Shown here: one piece after another, positions 12,811-26,662 of the stretch
Layout: each line of letters opens with the position of its first letter
Position numbering within the stretch: position 1 is the first letter of the stretch
Assembly: GCA_964016885.1 (NCBI GenBank)
Contig: OZ024754.1
Span: 40,796,001 to 40,860,000, forward strand
Source of the DNA: Eledone cirrhosa
Taxonomy: Eukaryota
Length of the DNA: 64,000 nt
Reading direction: 5' to 3'
Notes under the pieces: model-generated
Seen by the model: only the letters and a program-made list of their open reading frames with translations
What the model was told of the DNA's origin: nothing
The model's database searches: none
Program-made: the position numbers and the translations under genes

Positions 12811-14295
12811 AGATATTTAGAATATAACACCAACTATATATATATTTGTTTACTGAGAATGAAGGGAAGTTTTACATAATTTATAGATGAATCAGATGTG
12901 ATTAATTATCTATTATTAACAAACAAAACTTTAACCTACCTTTCCCCAAAACAAACATATTTTGTGCAGTGTTAGTTATAAAATATATTAGCTATTAAAT
13001 AACCACTTACAGCAATATTTCCTCCTAAACTATAACTTGTACAAAGGACAAACACTTTTATTCATTTTACATAGATTTTGTTATAACTCTTAAATGCCTT
13101 TTTTGAATTAAACTTTTTGTACATTCCAATATTTCAAAAAAATGTTTGTTTTAGAAATCATCATTATCATCATCATCATCGCTTAACGTCCATCTTCCAT
13201 GCTAGCATGGGTTAGACGGTTTTGTTCCATTTGATGCGGGAATGGTTGGATGTTTTTTCTATTTCTACAGGGTTTCTAATATTTCAATTATTGATATTTT
13301 CTGGTTGTTTTTAAACCAGTCATATCTAACTTTTTCTGTTCAAATCGGCTGTAACTGGCCACTCATACTGATGTTAAGGTATTGTTCTCAAAATAAATAA
13401 CATCAAAATCTCATAGATTCGATATTATGTAAGATAAAGCCTTTACCACCAAAATACAATAGTAAATATAGACTAATGTAAATGCTAAAGGGTTAATATT
13501 TCTTTAAATTAATTAGGGTTTTTTTTTAATTAAAAAAACATTATTTCCTTTTATAGTTTTCTTATAATTTATTGATACTTGCATTTTTTTTATGTCACAG
13601 CGGTAATGCTGTTGACTTGCACTAGGACTAGGAAGGGCGGTAATGCTGTTGACTTGCACTAGGGCTATAATGCTGTGGTCTCAGAAGGGCAATAGTTTTA
13701 CATCATAGATCGAAGGTTAGTTTCAGGCAGGTCTGTATTTAAAAGAGTTAACCCTTTAGCATTTAAACCGGCCATATCTGGCCAGAATTCCTTCACCTCT
13801 TTCAGTTCAAACTGGTTGTAACTGGTCACTCATACTGATGTTAAAGTATTGTTCTCAATATAAATAACATCAAAATCTCATAGATTCAATGTTATGTGAG
13901 ATCATTCATCATCATCGTTTAACGTCCATCTTCCACACTTGCATAAAGACTTTACCACAAAAATACAATAGTATATATATAGAGAAATGTAAATGCTAGA
14001 GGGCTAAAATGATAAAAATAATGTTAATAATAATATACAACATTGGATATAGTAAAACTCACAAAAGAAATTTCTATCAGTTATCAAAAATATTTTTATT
14101 TGAAAATTTATAAATCACAATTTACAACATTTATATTATTACTTCACGGAGCAATAATTAATCTCTTCATAGAAGAGAAAATAATATTGATAAAATATCA
14201 AATTATCATGTTATATTACAACAAAGTGAGAGGATGGTTTATTATAGCAGAATATCTCGGAATAAACCAGAAATAACAGTATTTTTTCAAGCAAG

Positions 14296-17200
14296 TTAAG
14301 TCTCTTCTTCATCTTCCTTCATTATTTGTTCAGTGAGTCTCTTTCTTTCTTCAGCTTGTCGAAGTTTACGCAGAACTAAACTTTCGTAGGCTCTTTCACT
14401 GGAAGTCATTGGTTGGTAAGGGTTGGCTTGGTAAGCCAATGGAGTTGGTGACTGTAAAAACATATTTATATATATATATATATTTAATTAGAAAGTGAAC
14501 AACACAAAATATTACTCCATTACCAAAGGTTTCTGGATCACAGATGATAATAATATACGCCTGGATCGGTCGTCAGACAGAGATGTTATAGATAAAAGAT
14601 ATGAAATGAGATTTAAAATCTGTTAAAAATTGGAAGTGAGGCTGGAAAAATAATGGGAAATATACATAAGAAAAGAAGGGTAAGAAAAATAATATATAAA
14701 AAATAAATATAGAAAAAGACGTGTAGAAACATATATATATATAAAATATAATATAGAAATGGCTTCTACATGGCTAGAACTGTTTCATTCCTGATGATAT
14801 CAGCTATTTTGGGGACCCTACTCTAGATTTAAAAAAAAGTTTATCCCCTATTTCAAAAGAGATTGTCAAATCCTTACTTTGTGGGCCCGTTCTTCTGTTT
14901 TATTATTGTATTCAGACACAACTGAGGGGGCAGGTGCATCAATCCACGACAAAGTTAGGGGGTTATCATCCATTCCATGTTCACATAATAAGGCTTTTTG
15001 CTGCAGATATCAGAAAAATATAAATAAAACTGTGTTTAGAGAAAATCAGAAACATTAATACAATCTATACGAGGGTTGACTGACTAGACTATGAAGGAGT
15101 GATGCTAGAGCTGTGAAATCTTGCAGGCATTAACCCTTTAGCATTTAAACCTGCCATATCCGCAGCTAGAATTCTCTCACCTCTTTTTGTTTAAACCGAC
15201 CATAATTGACTGCTCATACTGACGTTAAGGTATTGTTCTCAAAATAAATAACATCAAAATCTTGTAGATTCGAGATCATGTGAGAATATTATGTAAGGCA
15301 AAGCCTTTATCACAAAAATACAACAGTATAAATAGAGTAATGTAAATGCTAAAGGGTTAATTTCAACCTGCCGCTCACACCAACATTGAGGTATTGTTCA
15401 CAAAATAAATAGCAACATCAAAGTCTCGTAGATTTAATATTATGTGAGATAATGAATATGTTTATAATGAAAACAATAGTAAATATAGAGTAATGTAAAT
15501 GGTAATTGATTAACTTACAGCGATTGTCAATGTCTTGAACTCTACGATACCACTGCCATTTTTTTTACTTGATACAACCAGTGCAGTAACATCTCCATAC
15601 TTCAAAGAATAAGAAATACAAAGATATCTAGGAATAGTTGTTAACATCTTACAGTATTAAAATAATGCATTTTTACATTATCAACTAAATTCCTAGAAAG
15701 AAAATATGCAACTTAATCCTTTACAACTAAAAATTGATAACAATATATTCTTTTGATATTAAACTGCCTGAAGTCATGGTATACAACTGCCTGAAACCGG
15801 CCTGGAGTTATGGTACAAAACTGCCTGAAACTGGACTGGAGTTATGGTATAAAACTGCCTGAAACTGGACTGGAGTTATGGTACGAAACTGCCTGAAACT
15901 GGGACTGGAGCTATGGTATGAAACTGCCTGAAACCGGCCTGGAGTTATAGTACAAAACTGCCTGAAACCGGCCTGGAGTTATGGCACAAAACTGCCTGAA
16001 ACTGGCCAGGAGTAATGGTACAAAAATAGAAATATGGTAACAAAAGAGTTAATCTTTACATATAGATCTCTATCAAAGAGTTAATCATTAATAGATTAAA
16101 TCTATATTTTAAAAAATATATTATTATTATTATTATTATTTACTAATAGAAAACTCTTTGGTCAGCTCATGGATGTTATCCAAACATCTTGCTCAGGGTC
16201 TATCCCTAGGTCTCCTGCTGGTTGGTTTTGCCCGTAAAATCTGTCCAGTGATTCTTTTCTGAGATATTCTAACCATATGTCCATAGTATCGGAGCTGTGA
16301 GCTTTCAATTCAGAGAAGTTGGGGCTCTACCTGGAGTGACTCTGATCTCCAAGCTATAAATCTGTCCAGCGATTCTTTCCTGAGATATTCTAACCATATG
16401 TCCATAGTATCGGAGCTGTGATCTCTCAATTCGGAGAAGTAGGGGCTCTACCTGCAGTGACTCTCTGATCTCTGCTATATAACCACCATTTGAAGATGTC
16501 CTTACCTTCGAAAACAAACCCTCCAAAATATCAGCTGTATAACCACCATTTGAAGTATCGCCTTTCTTGGCTTTCCACTTGATCTTTGAAAATGAAAGAA
16601 ACAGAAATATTTACGCAAGGTTATTACAAGACAATTTCATATTTCTTTCTTAAACATATTTCTAATGAAAGATATTGACTATGGTTTTTTTAAAACTATT
16701 CTGAAAATCATCAAAAATTTGGAGGGACTTAGAAATATATCTACTTCAAGTCTGACTTTTGAGTTTGAAAGGAAAGACATTTGTAATAATTGTCACAGAG
16801 GAGATGAAGGACCGTGACAAGTGGAGAGATGCTGTGCTGAATAGGACCTGTCCCACCATTGCAAGCAGGGAAAAGCTGATGTAAAATGATGATGATGATG
16901 ATGTTTCTACTTTTGGCACAAGGCCAGCAATTACCCCAGTCCATTACTGGTGCTTTATTTTATCGACCCCCTAAGGATGAAAGGCAACTCTCTTGTAGTC
17001 TCATATCTAAAGTAAGGTCAGCTAAACCAAAGCTGGTTGCCATGGGAACAATGAAATTTGACCAAAAGTACTTTCTAGGGAGACTGAAATAAAAAAAACA
17101 GAATATGTTATGATACCCTAACCCCCAGCTAATACTAGTTATATCCACTGTTAACTCAATATTGATATTTACAAACATTTTAAAGATAATTATACAGGCA

Positions 17201-20200
17201 TTTTTAATTTAAAGTAAAAAAAGTCAAATAAAGGATTTTAAATTGAATTACCTTTAATCTGGGGAGAAGCTCTGATGAAGCTAAATATAGAAAGAAATAT
17301 AATCTATAAATAATTGTTTCTACGTTTGGCACAAGGCCAGCAATTACCCAGTACATTACTGGTACTTTATTTTATCGACCCCGTAAGGATGAAATGCAAA
17401 GTTAACCTCGGCGGGATTTGAACTCAGAATGGCAAGGGCCGTAACTATGCGTCAAAGCATGGCATCCGACTCTCGACCGATACTGCCAATCCAACGCACT
17501 ATAATCCACACAATATAATCTATAAATAATATAAGAAAATAAATAGAAGCAAAACTAGATGAGGGCTGTACCAGCTCACATGTAGCAACACCAGAAATTA
17601 AACAAAGGCTGCACCAGCTCCCATGTAGCAATAATAGCATAACTAGAAATTAAATGTGAACTGAGCCATGGCAGAACTGTACCTTAAACTTCACTGAGCC
17701 ATGGCAGACCTGTACCTTAAACTTCAATGAACCATGGCAGACCTGTACCTTAAACTTCACTGAGCCATGGCAGACCTGTACCTTAAACTTCACTGAGCCA
17801 TGGCAGACCTGTACCTTAAACTTCACTGAGCCATGGCAGACCTGTACCTTAAACTTCACTGAGCCATGGCAGACCTGTACCTTAAACTTCACTGAGACAT
17901 GGCAGACCTGTACCTTAAACTTCACTGAGCCATGGTAGACCTGTACCTTAAACTTCAATGAACCATGGCAGACCTGTACCTTAAACTTCACTGAGCCATG
18001 GCAGACCTGTACCTTAAACTTCACTGAGCCATGGCAGACCTGTACCTTAAACTTCACTGAGCCATGGCAGACCTGTACCTTAAACTTCACTGAGACATGG
18101 GACATGTAGCTTAAACTCCATGCATACTTTTAAGAAGCTGTGTCTATCCAGTTTAGAATAGGTACTCTGTATCCCTGTAGGTTCTAAAAAGTGACTCTAA
18201 AAAGGGTTGGAACCAGGAAGGGTATCTGGCCATAAAACACTACTTCAAAAAGGGTCTTATGATGAATATGGAACCTGTGATGGTGGCTTGCCATGTTAAC
18301 AGTCTTAACATACCTGTTGTGTTGTATTTAAAGAACCATATGCCTACTTTGTATTATCTGTGGGTTCATCTCTTCCTTCTCTTTCTTCATCTGTTCTTTT
18401 AGAAACTGTTGTAAACTGTTGTTCTTCAGCCAATAATTTAGAACCTTCTTTCTGTAAACGTTCAATCTGCAAAGCAAAATAATAATAATAATTGTTTCTA
18501 CTTTTGGGTCAAGGCCAGCAATTTTTAGGGGAAAGGGAAGTCGATTAAATCGACTCCAGTGCGTGACTGGTACTTTATTTTATCAACCCCATAAGGATGA
18601 AAGACAAAGTTTACCGTGGCAGAATTTGAACTCAGAATGTGAAGAGCTGTAACTAAATGCCACCTTATACAGTATGTATTGGGTGCATTTTCATGGCACC
18701 AGCGCTACCACTTTACAGTATGTAATGGGTGTATTGTTTATGACACCAGCACTATCACTTTACATAGTGTAGTGGGTATATTTTTCATGGCACCAACTCT
18801 ACCACTTTACAGTATGTACTGGGTGCATTTTTCATGGCAGCAACTCTACCATTTTACAAAATGTACTGGGTTCATTTTATGATGGTAGCAGCACTAAAGA
18901 GGCTGCTGTATTTCTCGCCAAGCTATGATACTTCATTGTTCTCAGGTAATTGATAGGTAAGGTTATTTGTTTAAAAACAGAAACCTTTAGTCTCTGTTCA
19001 ACCCTAATTTATCCATCAATAAGTGATGTTACAGTAGTTTTTTTACGAACAAAAAATATATTATTTTCTTACCTCTGCTTGTAAATCTTTATAAGAAGCT
19101 GCTTCTTTAGCCTTTTGTTGTTCGTAGGCATTTTCTCGGGCTTCTAAATCTTAAAAATTAAAAAAATATGGAACTTAAAGTTGTTAACAATAATAAATGT
19201 TCAAATATTACCATTATTATTATTATTATTTGCTGAAAGGTGGGTGAATGTGGCAAGAATGGCTCGTGTGAGTGGGCCTACTCTGGTCATGCGCCTGTAG
19301 ACTGGTGAATTTGAGGAGGAGAGGGGTGCCCTTCCCAGGTGCCCTCGAAGCGTTGGGTGGTTCAGGAATGGTGGGATACCTGAATCAACCCTGGGTGGTT
19401 ATCCCCACCTATTGGGGAATTTTCATTGTATTTTTCTTGTTTATTGTTATTGTTTTCCTATTTTTTTTTACTCGATTTTAACCCTTTAGCATTTACATTA
19501 CTCTATATTTACTATTGTATTTTCATGGTAAACACTTTATCTCACATAATATTGAATCTATGAGATTCTGATATTATTTATTTTCAGAACAATACCTTAA
19601 CATCAGTATGAGTGGGCAGTTACAGTTGGTTTGAACTGAAAAAAGTGAGAAAATTCTCTCCGGTTATGGCCGGTTTAAATGCTAAAGTGTTAAGGTAAAT
19701 TAAAGGTAGATATAGCTACTGTATTTGAATTAGAAGCCTTACCTGTGAAAAGAATAACATTTTGAAGTGTAAACACTACTATTGTTTTATACACAGAAAG
19801 GTATAACTAAGAAAAAAACAACACTAAGTAATTTGGAAACATTTACCTTCTTTCAGTTTCTTTCGTTTACTATCAAGTTCTTTATTTCTTATTATGGCAG
19901 CTTTTTTTGCACGCCAAATTTTATCATATGCTGCCTAATAGAAAATATTATTATGTCAGGTAAATATTTCATACAGGGCAATTGTATAATTATTATAAGC
20001 ATAAAATGTAAAATCATAAAAAAAAAAAATTTATAAACAATAAGTTTACTCTGTGAAAGCAAAATAAGTCTGGTCGGCTGACCTTGTCTTGCTCATACGG
20101 GAACTGATTCTGGCTTGATTTCTACAGCTGGATGCCCTTCCTAACACCAACCTCATTTACAGTGAGTGCTGGGTGCTTTTTTTCCGTGGCGCCTACACGT

Positions 20201-21376
20201 CCACTTTGCAGTGGAATGATAGGAACCCCAGTCCTATCATCTCATCTCTACAGCTGAGTAAACTGGAGCAATGTGAAATAAAGTGTCTTGCTCAAGGAAA
20301 CAACACATCACCTGGTCCGAGAATTGAACTCACAACCTTTCGATTGCGCCTTCCTGCAGTAACATAGTTTTGAGATAATGTCATAAAAATTGACAGAAAA
20401 CATGCAAAGGCTAGAAAGAAATGAATTGAGCATGTTCTATTGGATATGTAACTAGTGAGTTCATAAGACACAGAGGTCATAAGACACAGATGGATGTGTA
20501 ATAGTAATATACGCGAACAACAAAAGCATAAATGAATTGAGAGAGAGACTGAGCATAAGAGGAATCAAATGTTGTGTGCAGGAGAGGCAGTTGCGTTGGT
20601 ATGGACATGTGATGCGTATGAAGGATGACAGCTGCATAAAAAGGTGCAGAGCACTAGAAGTCAATGGAAACCGCGGAGTGGGGAGACCCAAGAAGACCTG
20701 GGATAAGGTGATAAAAGCCGACCTTACCCAATTACACCTCTCAAAGGTGATGACACACGACTGTGACCTCTGGCGTCACGCAGTAATACAGAGTACCCAA
20801 CCTTCCATGGGTACAAGCTGAAACATATAGACAATATGCCCCCACAGCAAGGTGGTCGTGGAGGTGCCACGGCAAAAAAGCACCCAGCCCACACTGTAAA
20901 GTGGACGTGTAGGTGCCATGGAAAAAAAGCACCCAGCACTCACTGTAAATGAGGTTGGTGTTAGGAAGGGCATCCAGCTGTAGAAATCAAACCAAAATCA
21001 GTTCCTGTATGAGCAAGGCATGGTCAGCTGACCAGACACTGCCCACAACAGGACAACCCGTCTAACCCATGCTAGCATGGAAGAATGGACGTAAAACGGT
21101 GATGATGATGATGATGATGATGACAGTTTAAAGGTAACAGGCAGGTGAAATACAAATTGGTGTCATTTACATTTTAGTTAAATGCTTTTCAATTGAAAGT
21201 AATTGTCATTGTGACAATATCACCAACTTTATTTCCATAAACAGTGAAAACTTACCTTGGCTGATATATCAGTTAAAACTTCAAGAGCATCGGATAACTG
21301 CTGAAACTCTTGTGCTACAATACAAGAAAAATATATGACAGTAATAGTTTTAATTTAAACATTACTTAAGAATGAA

Positions 21377-21452
<76 letters not shown>

Positions 21453-24233
21453 GAAGGCGTGTGGCGGAGTGGTTAGAGAATTGGATTCGCAATCGTAAGG
21501 TTGTGAGTTCGATTCCTGGACCAGGCGATGCGTTATGTCCTTGAGCAAGACACTTTATTTCACGTTGCTCCTTCTACCTGGAGTTGCGACCGATAGATAG
21601 TATTAGCAATTGGAAAGACCAACGGAAACATTGTTCCCTCGGTCCGATTCGACGAAAGTCGATCGTTCCCAAAAATAGAGAGAGAGAGATAGAGAGTATG
21701 GGGTTAACCAAACAGGGATGTGTGGACCACATTATGGTTGGTCAATTGTGAAGCAGATAAAAAGAAGCGCTCAAATACATGTATAAATGGTGCAAGCCAG
21801 AACATTATATATTATTAAAACATTGGAGGCTATAATCAGTTGATTCGGGTTTATTTAAAACTCCTGAATCAACTGATAACAGCTTCCGATCTTTTAATAA
21901 TATATATATATATATTTGGAATTTTAACCTACATGTTAGCATGGGTGGTATGGTTCGGTAAACTCTTTGTACTGGTTCTAGTGTTTTCATCATCATCATG
22001 ATGACTGTGTTACGTCCATTCTTTCACGCTAGCATGGGTTAGATGTGTTGTCTTGTTGTGGGCAATGCCAGGTCAGGTGACCATGTCTTGCTCATACAGA
22101 ACTGATTTTGGCTTGATTTCTACAGCTGGATGCCCTTCCTAACACCAACCTCATTTACAGTGAGTGCTGGGTGCTTTATTACCGCGGCGCCTACACATGT
22201 TTTATGTTAAATAATAACTAGAGGGACCCATGGAAATTCCACGGACAAAGAATTGAAGAGGAGCTATATAAGGGACATTCGTCTAGTTGTGTAGTATCTC
22301 TTCTCTTGTCTTAGTCTACCTTGCTCTAAAACAATATGTCTCTTTTCTTCATTCATTTCCTCACGTCTCTGTACATACACACATACAATTTATTGCAATT
22401 GTGTGTGTGTGTCTATGTGTATATGCATATGTATACATTTATATGTATGAGTATATAAATATAAATGTGCAAACACACATATACTCACACCAGTGTAGCT
22501 GATCTTGGAATACTCATCGCTATAGCGTTTCACCAGCCCCTACCTTACATAGATGTGTGTGTATGTAATAATTATTTTGTATAATGTGTTTATGAATATG
22601 TATGAGTAGATGTGTGTGTGCATGTGTATCTGTTTATGTATTTATGTGTATGTATGTAATTATATAACATGAATGGATGAAACACACCAAGTATTATAAT
22701 GAAATATGTGTGTGATTGATTAGTTGAGTGCTTATTGAACAGGTGCATGGCTTAGAGGTTAGGGCATTGGGCCTGCAATTGGAAGGTTGTGGGTTTGATT
22801 CCTGGGCTGCGTGTTGTGTTCTTGAGCAAAGCACTTCATTTCACGTTGCTCCAGTATACTCAGCTGAAAATGAGTACCAGCAATAGCTGGGAGTTTAACC
22901 CTGCGATGGACTGGTGTCCTGTCCAGGGAGGGGGGTCTTGTACTCTCAGTCGTTTCATGCCATGAAACCGGGATAAGCACCAGCCAAATGAGCCTTCTGG
23001 CTTAAGACAGACTTTAGACTTTAGACAATATGTATTGGGCTTGCAATCGGGAGGATGTGAGTTCGATTCGCAGACTGGGTGATGCGTTGTTTCCTTGAGC
23101 AAGACACTTTATCTTACGTTGCTCCAGTTTACTCAGCTGTAGAAATGAGTTGCGACGTCACCGGTGCCAAGCTGTATCGGCCATTGTCTTTCCCTTGGAC
23201 ATCACGATTGCAAGCCCAACACTCTAACAACTACGCTATGCACCTTCACTCAAAAGAGTAATTAAGATAAATTTAACATTCTTTTCTAATTGGATTTCTC
23301 ACCTGCATTTGCATTGTCTGGGTTTTTATCAGGATGGCATTTCAGGGCTTTTTTTCTGTATGCTGAAATAATCTGAAAAAAATGTATTTCATTTGAAAGT
23401 AAATTTCAATTCAAAACCACTCCTGGGGTGGGTAGATAACTTGATCATATCAACCCCAGTTCATGACTGGTAGTCCAACATTTTGGGCTCTTTTTTTAAC
23501 CGTTGGCCAGCTCCGCCACAATCGTAGTAATTAATTAGGTTGTTTAGGGAACAAAGACGTTTTCACTGCTTCCAGGAGCTGATTAAGGACTACGATATCC
23601 AGGGACCACAAATTAATTTTCTTTTTGTCTTTTTTGGAGTGGGTGTGGTGGGGGCTGCTATAATAGCCAGGATAGTAAATTTATTTTAAAAAAAGCACTC
23701 GCTGGGGGTTCTCTAAGGGTTGTTTATGTTTCCCAGTTTCTTTATTTTTCGTTTTTTTAATTAATTTGACCTCTGACATGCTCGAAAAAAGTAGATGCGA
23801 GCATGTCAGAGGTCAGATTTGTTTTTAACACATGAAAACCTCTAGGAAACAAACACCTCCTAGCGAACCCCTAGATTTACCGCAAGGGCCCTGATGAAAA
23901 TTTCAGTCAAAGATCTCGTACAAGCTTTAGTCCGCCGCTGACTGCTATGAGTTCAACGATAAGACGATCGGATAGCGGCCGGTAGTTTGACAGCTTGCGA
24001 CCTTCAGTTAGTCGGATAATGAACCCTGGGTCTGATGTTGAATTCAGCGTGTTGTTGTGCTGGAGACACCATCGTTTATGTCTTGGCTTTTATTATTTTA
24101 GATTTTAAAAATAAAACTTCAAATTATACGATTTCTGTATTAACAATTAAAAGCCTACCTCTTTCTTAGTGGCTGTTTCATTCACTTGAAGGAGAGAATA
24201 TAGATCTAGTTTCATAATATCGCTGGCTGTCAT
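14296..24233 (-). CDS. DNAJC17: DnaJ homolog subfamily C member 17 (J domain, coiled coil, RRM); 11 exons; exon 6 frameshifted as assembled
   Basis: Exons (minus) 24233-24159, 23372-23303, 21314-21256, 19934-19847, 19149-19073, 18466-18348, 17280-17252, 16583-16506, 15599-15519, 15000-14878, 14451-14296. Peptides [26 protein letters not shown] (HPD motif), [60 protein letters not shown] and [19 protein letters not shown] match the DNAJC17 layout. Confidence 0.9.
15762..16025. repeat. ~34-bp minisatellite
   Basis: Unit AACTGCCTGAAACCGGCCTGGAGTTATGGTACAA. Confidence 0.93.
17657..18117. repeat. 33-bp minisatellite, ~13-14 copies
   Basis: Unit GAGCCATGGCAGACCTGTACCTTAAACTTCACT. Confidence 0.97.
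20510..21122 (+). mobile_element. 5'-truncated copy of the same RTE LINE (antisense in a DNAJC17 intron)
   Basis: Highly similar to 42655-43277 ([15 protein letters not shown]...[13 protein letters not shown]), same 3' UTR and (GAT)n tail. Confidence 0.9.
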
Positions 24234-24560
24234 GATTTCTGGTAAATATGAATTTATTTATAATTGTAAAAACGATTTTTGTAAACATGTGAATGAAAAG
24301 TTGGGAATTTCCGGAAGAGCTACATTCAAGGGAGGTAATAAGGTCTCAGCGATAGTTACGTAAAATTTTATTTTAATTTCTTTCAATTTTTTAAATTTAA
24401 TTGAACATTTAGTTTAACTTTAGAAATAATAAAATGAATTATAAAATACAAATTTTATAAAAAGAAGTGAAAAATAAATAATTTGAGAGGATTTTCTTGC
24501 TAGAGCCTCGTTTTCAGTTGAAAGACTCACACGTGCCAACGACGTTTCTTCCTTTCAGCT
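24234..24560. promoter_or_regulatory. Putative bidirectional promoter DNAJC17 / RPL9
   Basis: ~310 bp between the DNAJC17 ATG and a pyrimidine-rich TCT/5'TOP-like start (TTTCTTCCTTTC, ~24545-24556). Contains an Ets-like CCGGAAG (~24311) and an E-box CACGTG (~24530). Confidence 0.55.
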
Positions 24561-24580
24561 CTTCGTTGCTGTTCCAGCAG
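24548..24580 (+). other. RPL9: Non-coding first exon (5'TOP-like) of RPL9
   Basis: Oligopyrimidine start CTTCCTTTC, strong donor CAG|GTAGG at 24580/24581, and a polypyrimidine-rich acceptor TTTTAG ending ~26087 just before the ATG at 26099. Confidence 0.6.
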
Positions 24581-25349
24581 GTAGGATCAATTATCTCACA
24601 CACTTTTTCACTTTATTTCATTTATTAATTGATATTATAACTTATTTTTTTCTTATTCTCTCATGTCGGTGAAGTATGATTGATTTAATTAAACATTTAT
24701 AATTGATCACAGCATCACTAAATGTTGATTATAAATGAATTTAAAGTGTAATCACCGGACTAAATTCCATGTGCGCCATTTTATATTGTTAAATGAGAGG
24801 AAACTATAATTTATTTATGACTTTCTTACTTCAATATAATATATTACTTATTTACTAATCTACGATATCTTAAGAGATTTAATTTGTATGGAATGTCGCT
24901 TGATCGAACAAATAAGCAGTAAACTAACTCAACTTTTTCGACTGTAACTCAATATATATGTATATGCGTGTGTATATATATATATATATATATGTAGATA
25001 AATCTACCAAGAGTTTACGGTAGTGTCCAATCCGTATGAAGAACTCAATATAATCCGGATATCATGGAAAGAAGAGATGCATTCAAAAATCACTTTCGGT
25101 GAAAGATAAACGGAATACAGAGTCAAGATAAAATATTAAAAAAATAATGAATAAAACAATGAAACAGTTCCTTATATTAAACAAAAAAAGTTCATTATTT
25201 AACGATCGTTTCTAGGATATATATGTGTTAGAATTGGCATGCATATTCAACAGATCTATGTACAAAATTATACAAAATTATACAAATTATCAAATATAAT
25301 ATACATACCAACACATACATATGCCGTCTTCAGAAATAATCTGTTTCAT

Positions 25350-25380
<31 letters not shown>

Positions 25381-25769
25381 ACTTTGATAACTTCAGGCCA
25401 GTGTTGGCCCAGGCCATGTCTATATTTAATTATACTTGTATTTATAACACCCCTCATTCGTGTAAACCACAATAACTGCTCCATGTGAACTTAAGCAGTA
25501 AGGTTTTTAATTAATTTTTTGATAGGATCAGAAACATTTCGTCATCTTGAATATTCCTTAACTTGTGTTCTCACCTTCAATAGTTATTTAGTTTTTATAT
25601 TGGGCTTTGTTAATTTTTGAGTCAGTTTATAATAAAGTTAGATATTGCAAATGTGGTTGTTGAGCTGTTACGACTCGCGATCATATGGTCGTAGGTTCGA
25701 TTCGTGGACCCGGGCGGCGTGTTGCTTTCTTGAACAAGACACTTCATTTGTCGTTACTTTCAATGGTGC

Positions 25770-25990
25770 GGCTGGAGCCCCTGTCAAGACGTCCGAGGGA
25801 TATATGCAAACTTGAAGGGAGGCTGGAGATCCTTATCAAGATCTCCAAGAGATCCAATGTAATCTCGTAAGGGAGCAGGACTGGAGCCCCTCTCAAGACA
25901 TCCATGTGATGCAATGGAATCTCGTACGGGCCAAGGCTGGAGCCCCTAATTAAGACCTGCAAGGGATGCAATGTAATCTCGTAAGGGTCC
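25770..25990. repeat. Degenerate ~57-bp tandem repeat in the RPL9 intron
   Basis: GGCTGGAGCCCC...CAAGAC...AATGTAATCTCGTAAGGG recurring 4 times. Confidence 0.8.
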
Positions 25991-26098
25991 AGTGAAACTT
26001 AACGTGTCGGTTGTAAACTTCATCTTTTTTTACGTATTTGTCTTGGGGTTTCTTATTGTCTTTCTTTCTTTTCCATTTTGTTTTAGAATAAAAAAAAA

Positions 26099-26662
26099 AT
26101 GAAGACCATATATGCTGACCAAACTGTGACCGTGCCCGAGGGTGTAACCGTGAAGGTGAATTCGAGGCGTGTCTCAGTTACTGGACCTCGCGGATCTCTC
26201 AACCGTAATTTCCGGCATCTATTCATCACCATTACACTCCCAAGAAAAAACCAAATCAAAGTCGAGAAATATTTTGGTAAGAGGAAAGAATTGGCCGCGG
26301 TTCGTACTGTTTGTACTCATATTGAAAATATGATAAAAGGTGTAACGAGAGGTTTCCGCTACAAGATGAGGTCTGTTTATGCTCATTTCCCAATCAACGT
26401 TGTTGTTTTGAATAATGGTAATGCAGTTGAGATCAGAAACTTCCTTGGAGAGAAATTTGCCCGACATGTGGAAATGTTACCAGGTGTTAATTTTTCTGTA
26501 TCATCGGCCCAAAAAGATGAATTCGTTTTAGAAGGAAATGATATCGAATTGGTTTCCAGGTCGGCAGCTCTTATCCAACAGTCAACATCAGTAAAAGAAA
26601 AGGATATTAGAAAGTTTTTGGATGGCATCTATGTATCTGAGAAAGGTACTATTGAGGAATAA
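26099..26662 (+). CDS. RPL9: 60S ribosomal protein L9 (uL6), single coding exon
   Basis: 187-aa ORF with [72 protein letters not shown]; AATAAA at ~26716. Confidence 0.97.
   Translation: MKTIYADQTVTVPEGVTVKVNSRRVSVTGPRGSLNRNFRHLFITITLPRKNQIKVEKYFGKRKELAAVRTVCTHIENMIKGVTRGFRYKMRSVYAHFPINVVVLNNGNAVEIRNFLGEKFARHVEMLPGVNFSVSSAQKDEFVLEGNDIELVSRSAALIQQSTSVKEKDIRKFLDGIYVSEKGTIEE

Noticed and set aside
17650-18105. ([11 protein letters not shown])n ORF in the DNAJC17 sense orientation
   Set aside because: 33-bp minisatellite read in frame; no splice support and not needed for the DNAJC17 alignment.
23886-24036. Possible C/D snoRNA (TGATGA...CTGA) or hammerhead start
   Set aside because: Antisense to the host intron, no recognisable terminal stem or rRNA guide, and no stem II/GAAA for a hammerhead.
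24581-26087. Intronic snoRNA expected in a ribosomal-protein gene intron
   Set aside because: No convincing C/D box pair or H/ACA structure found by eye; needs snoscan/Infernal.
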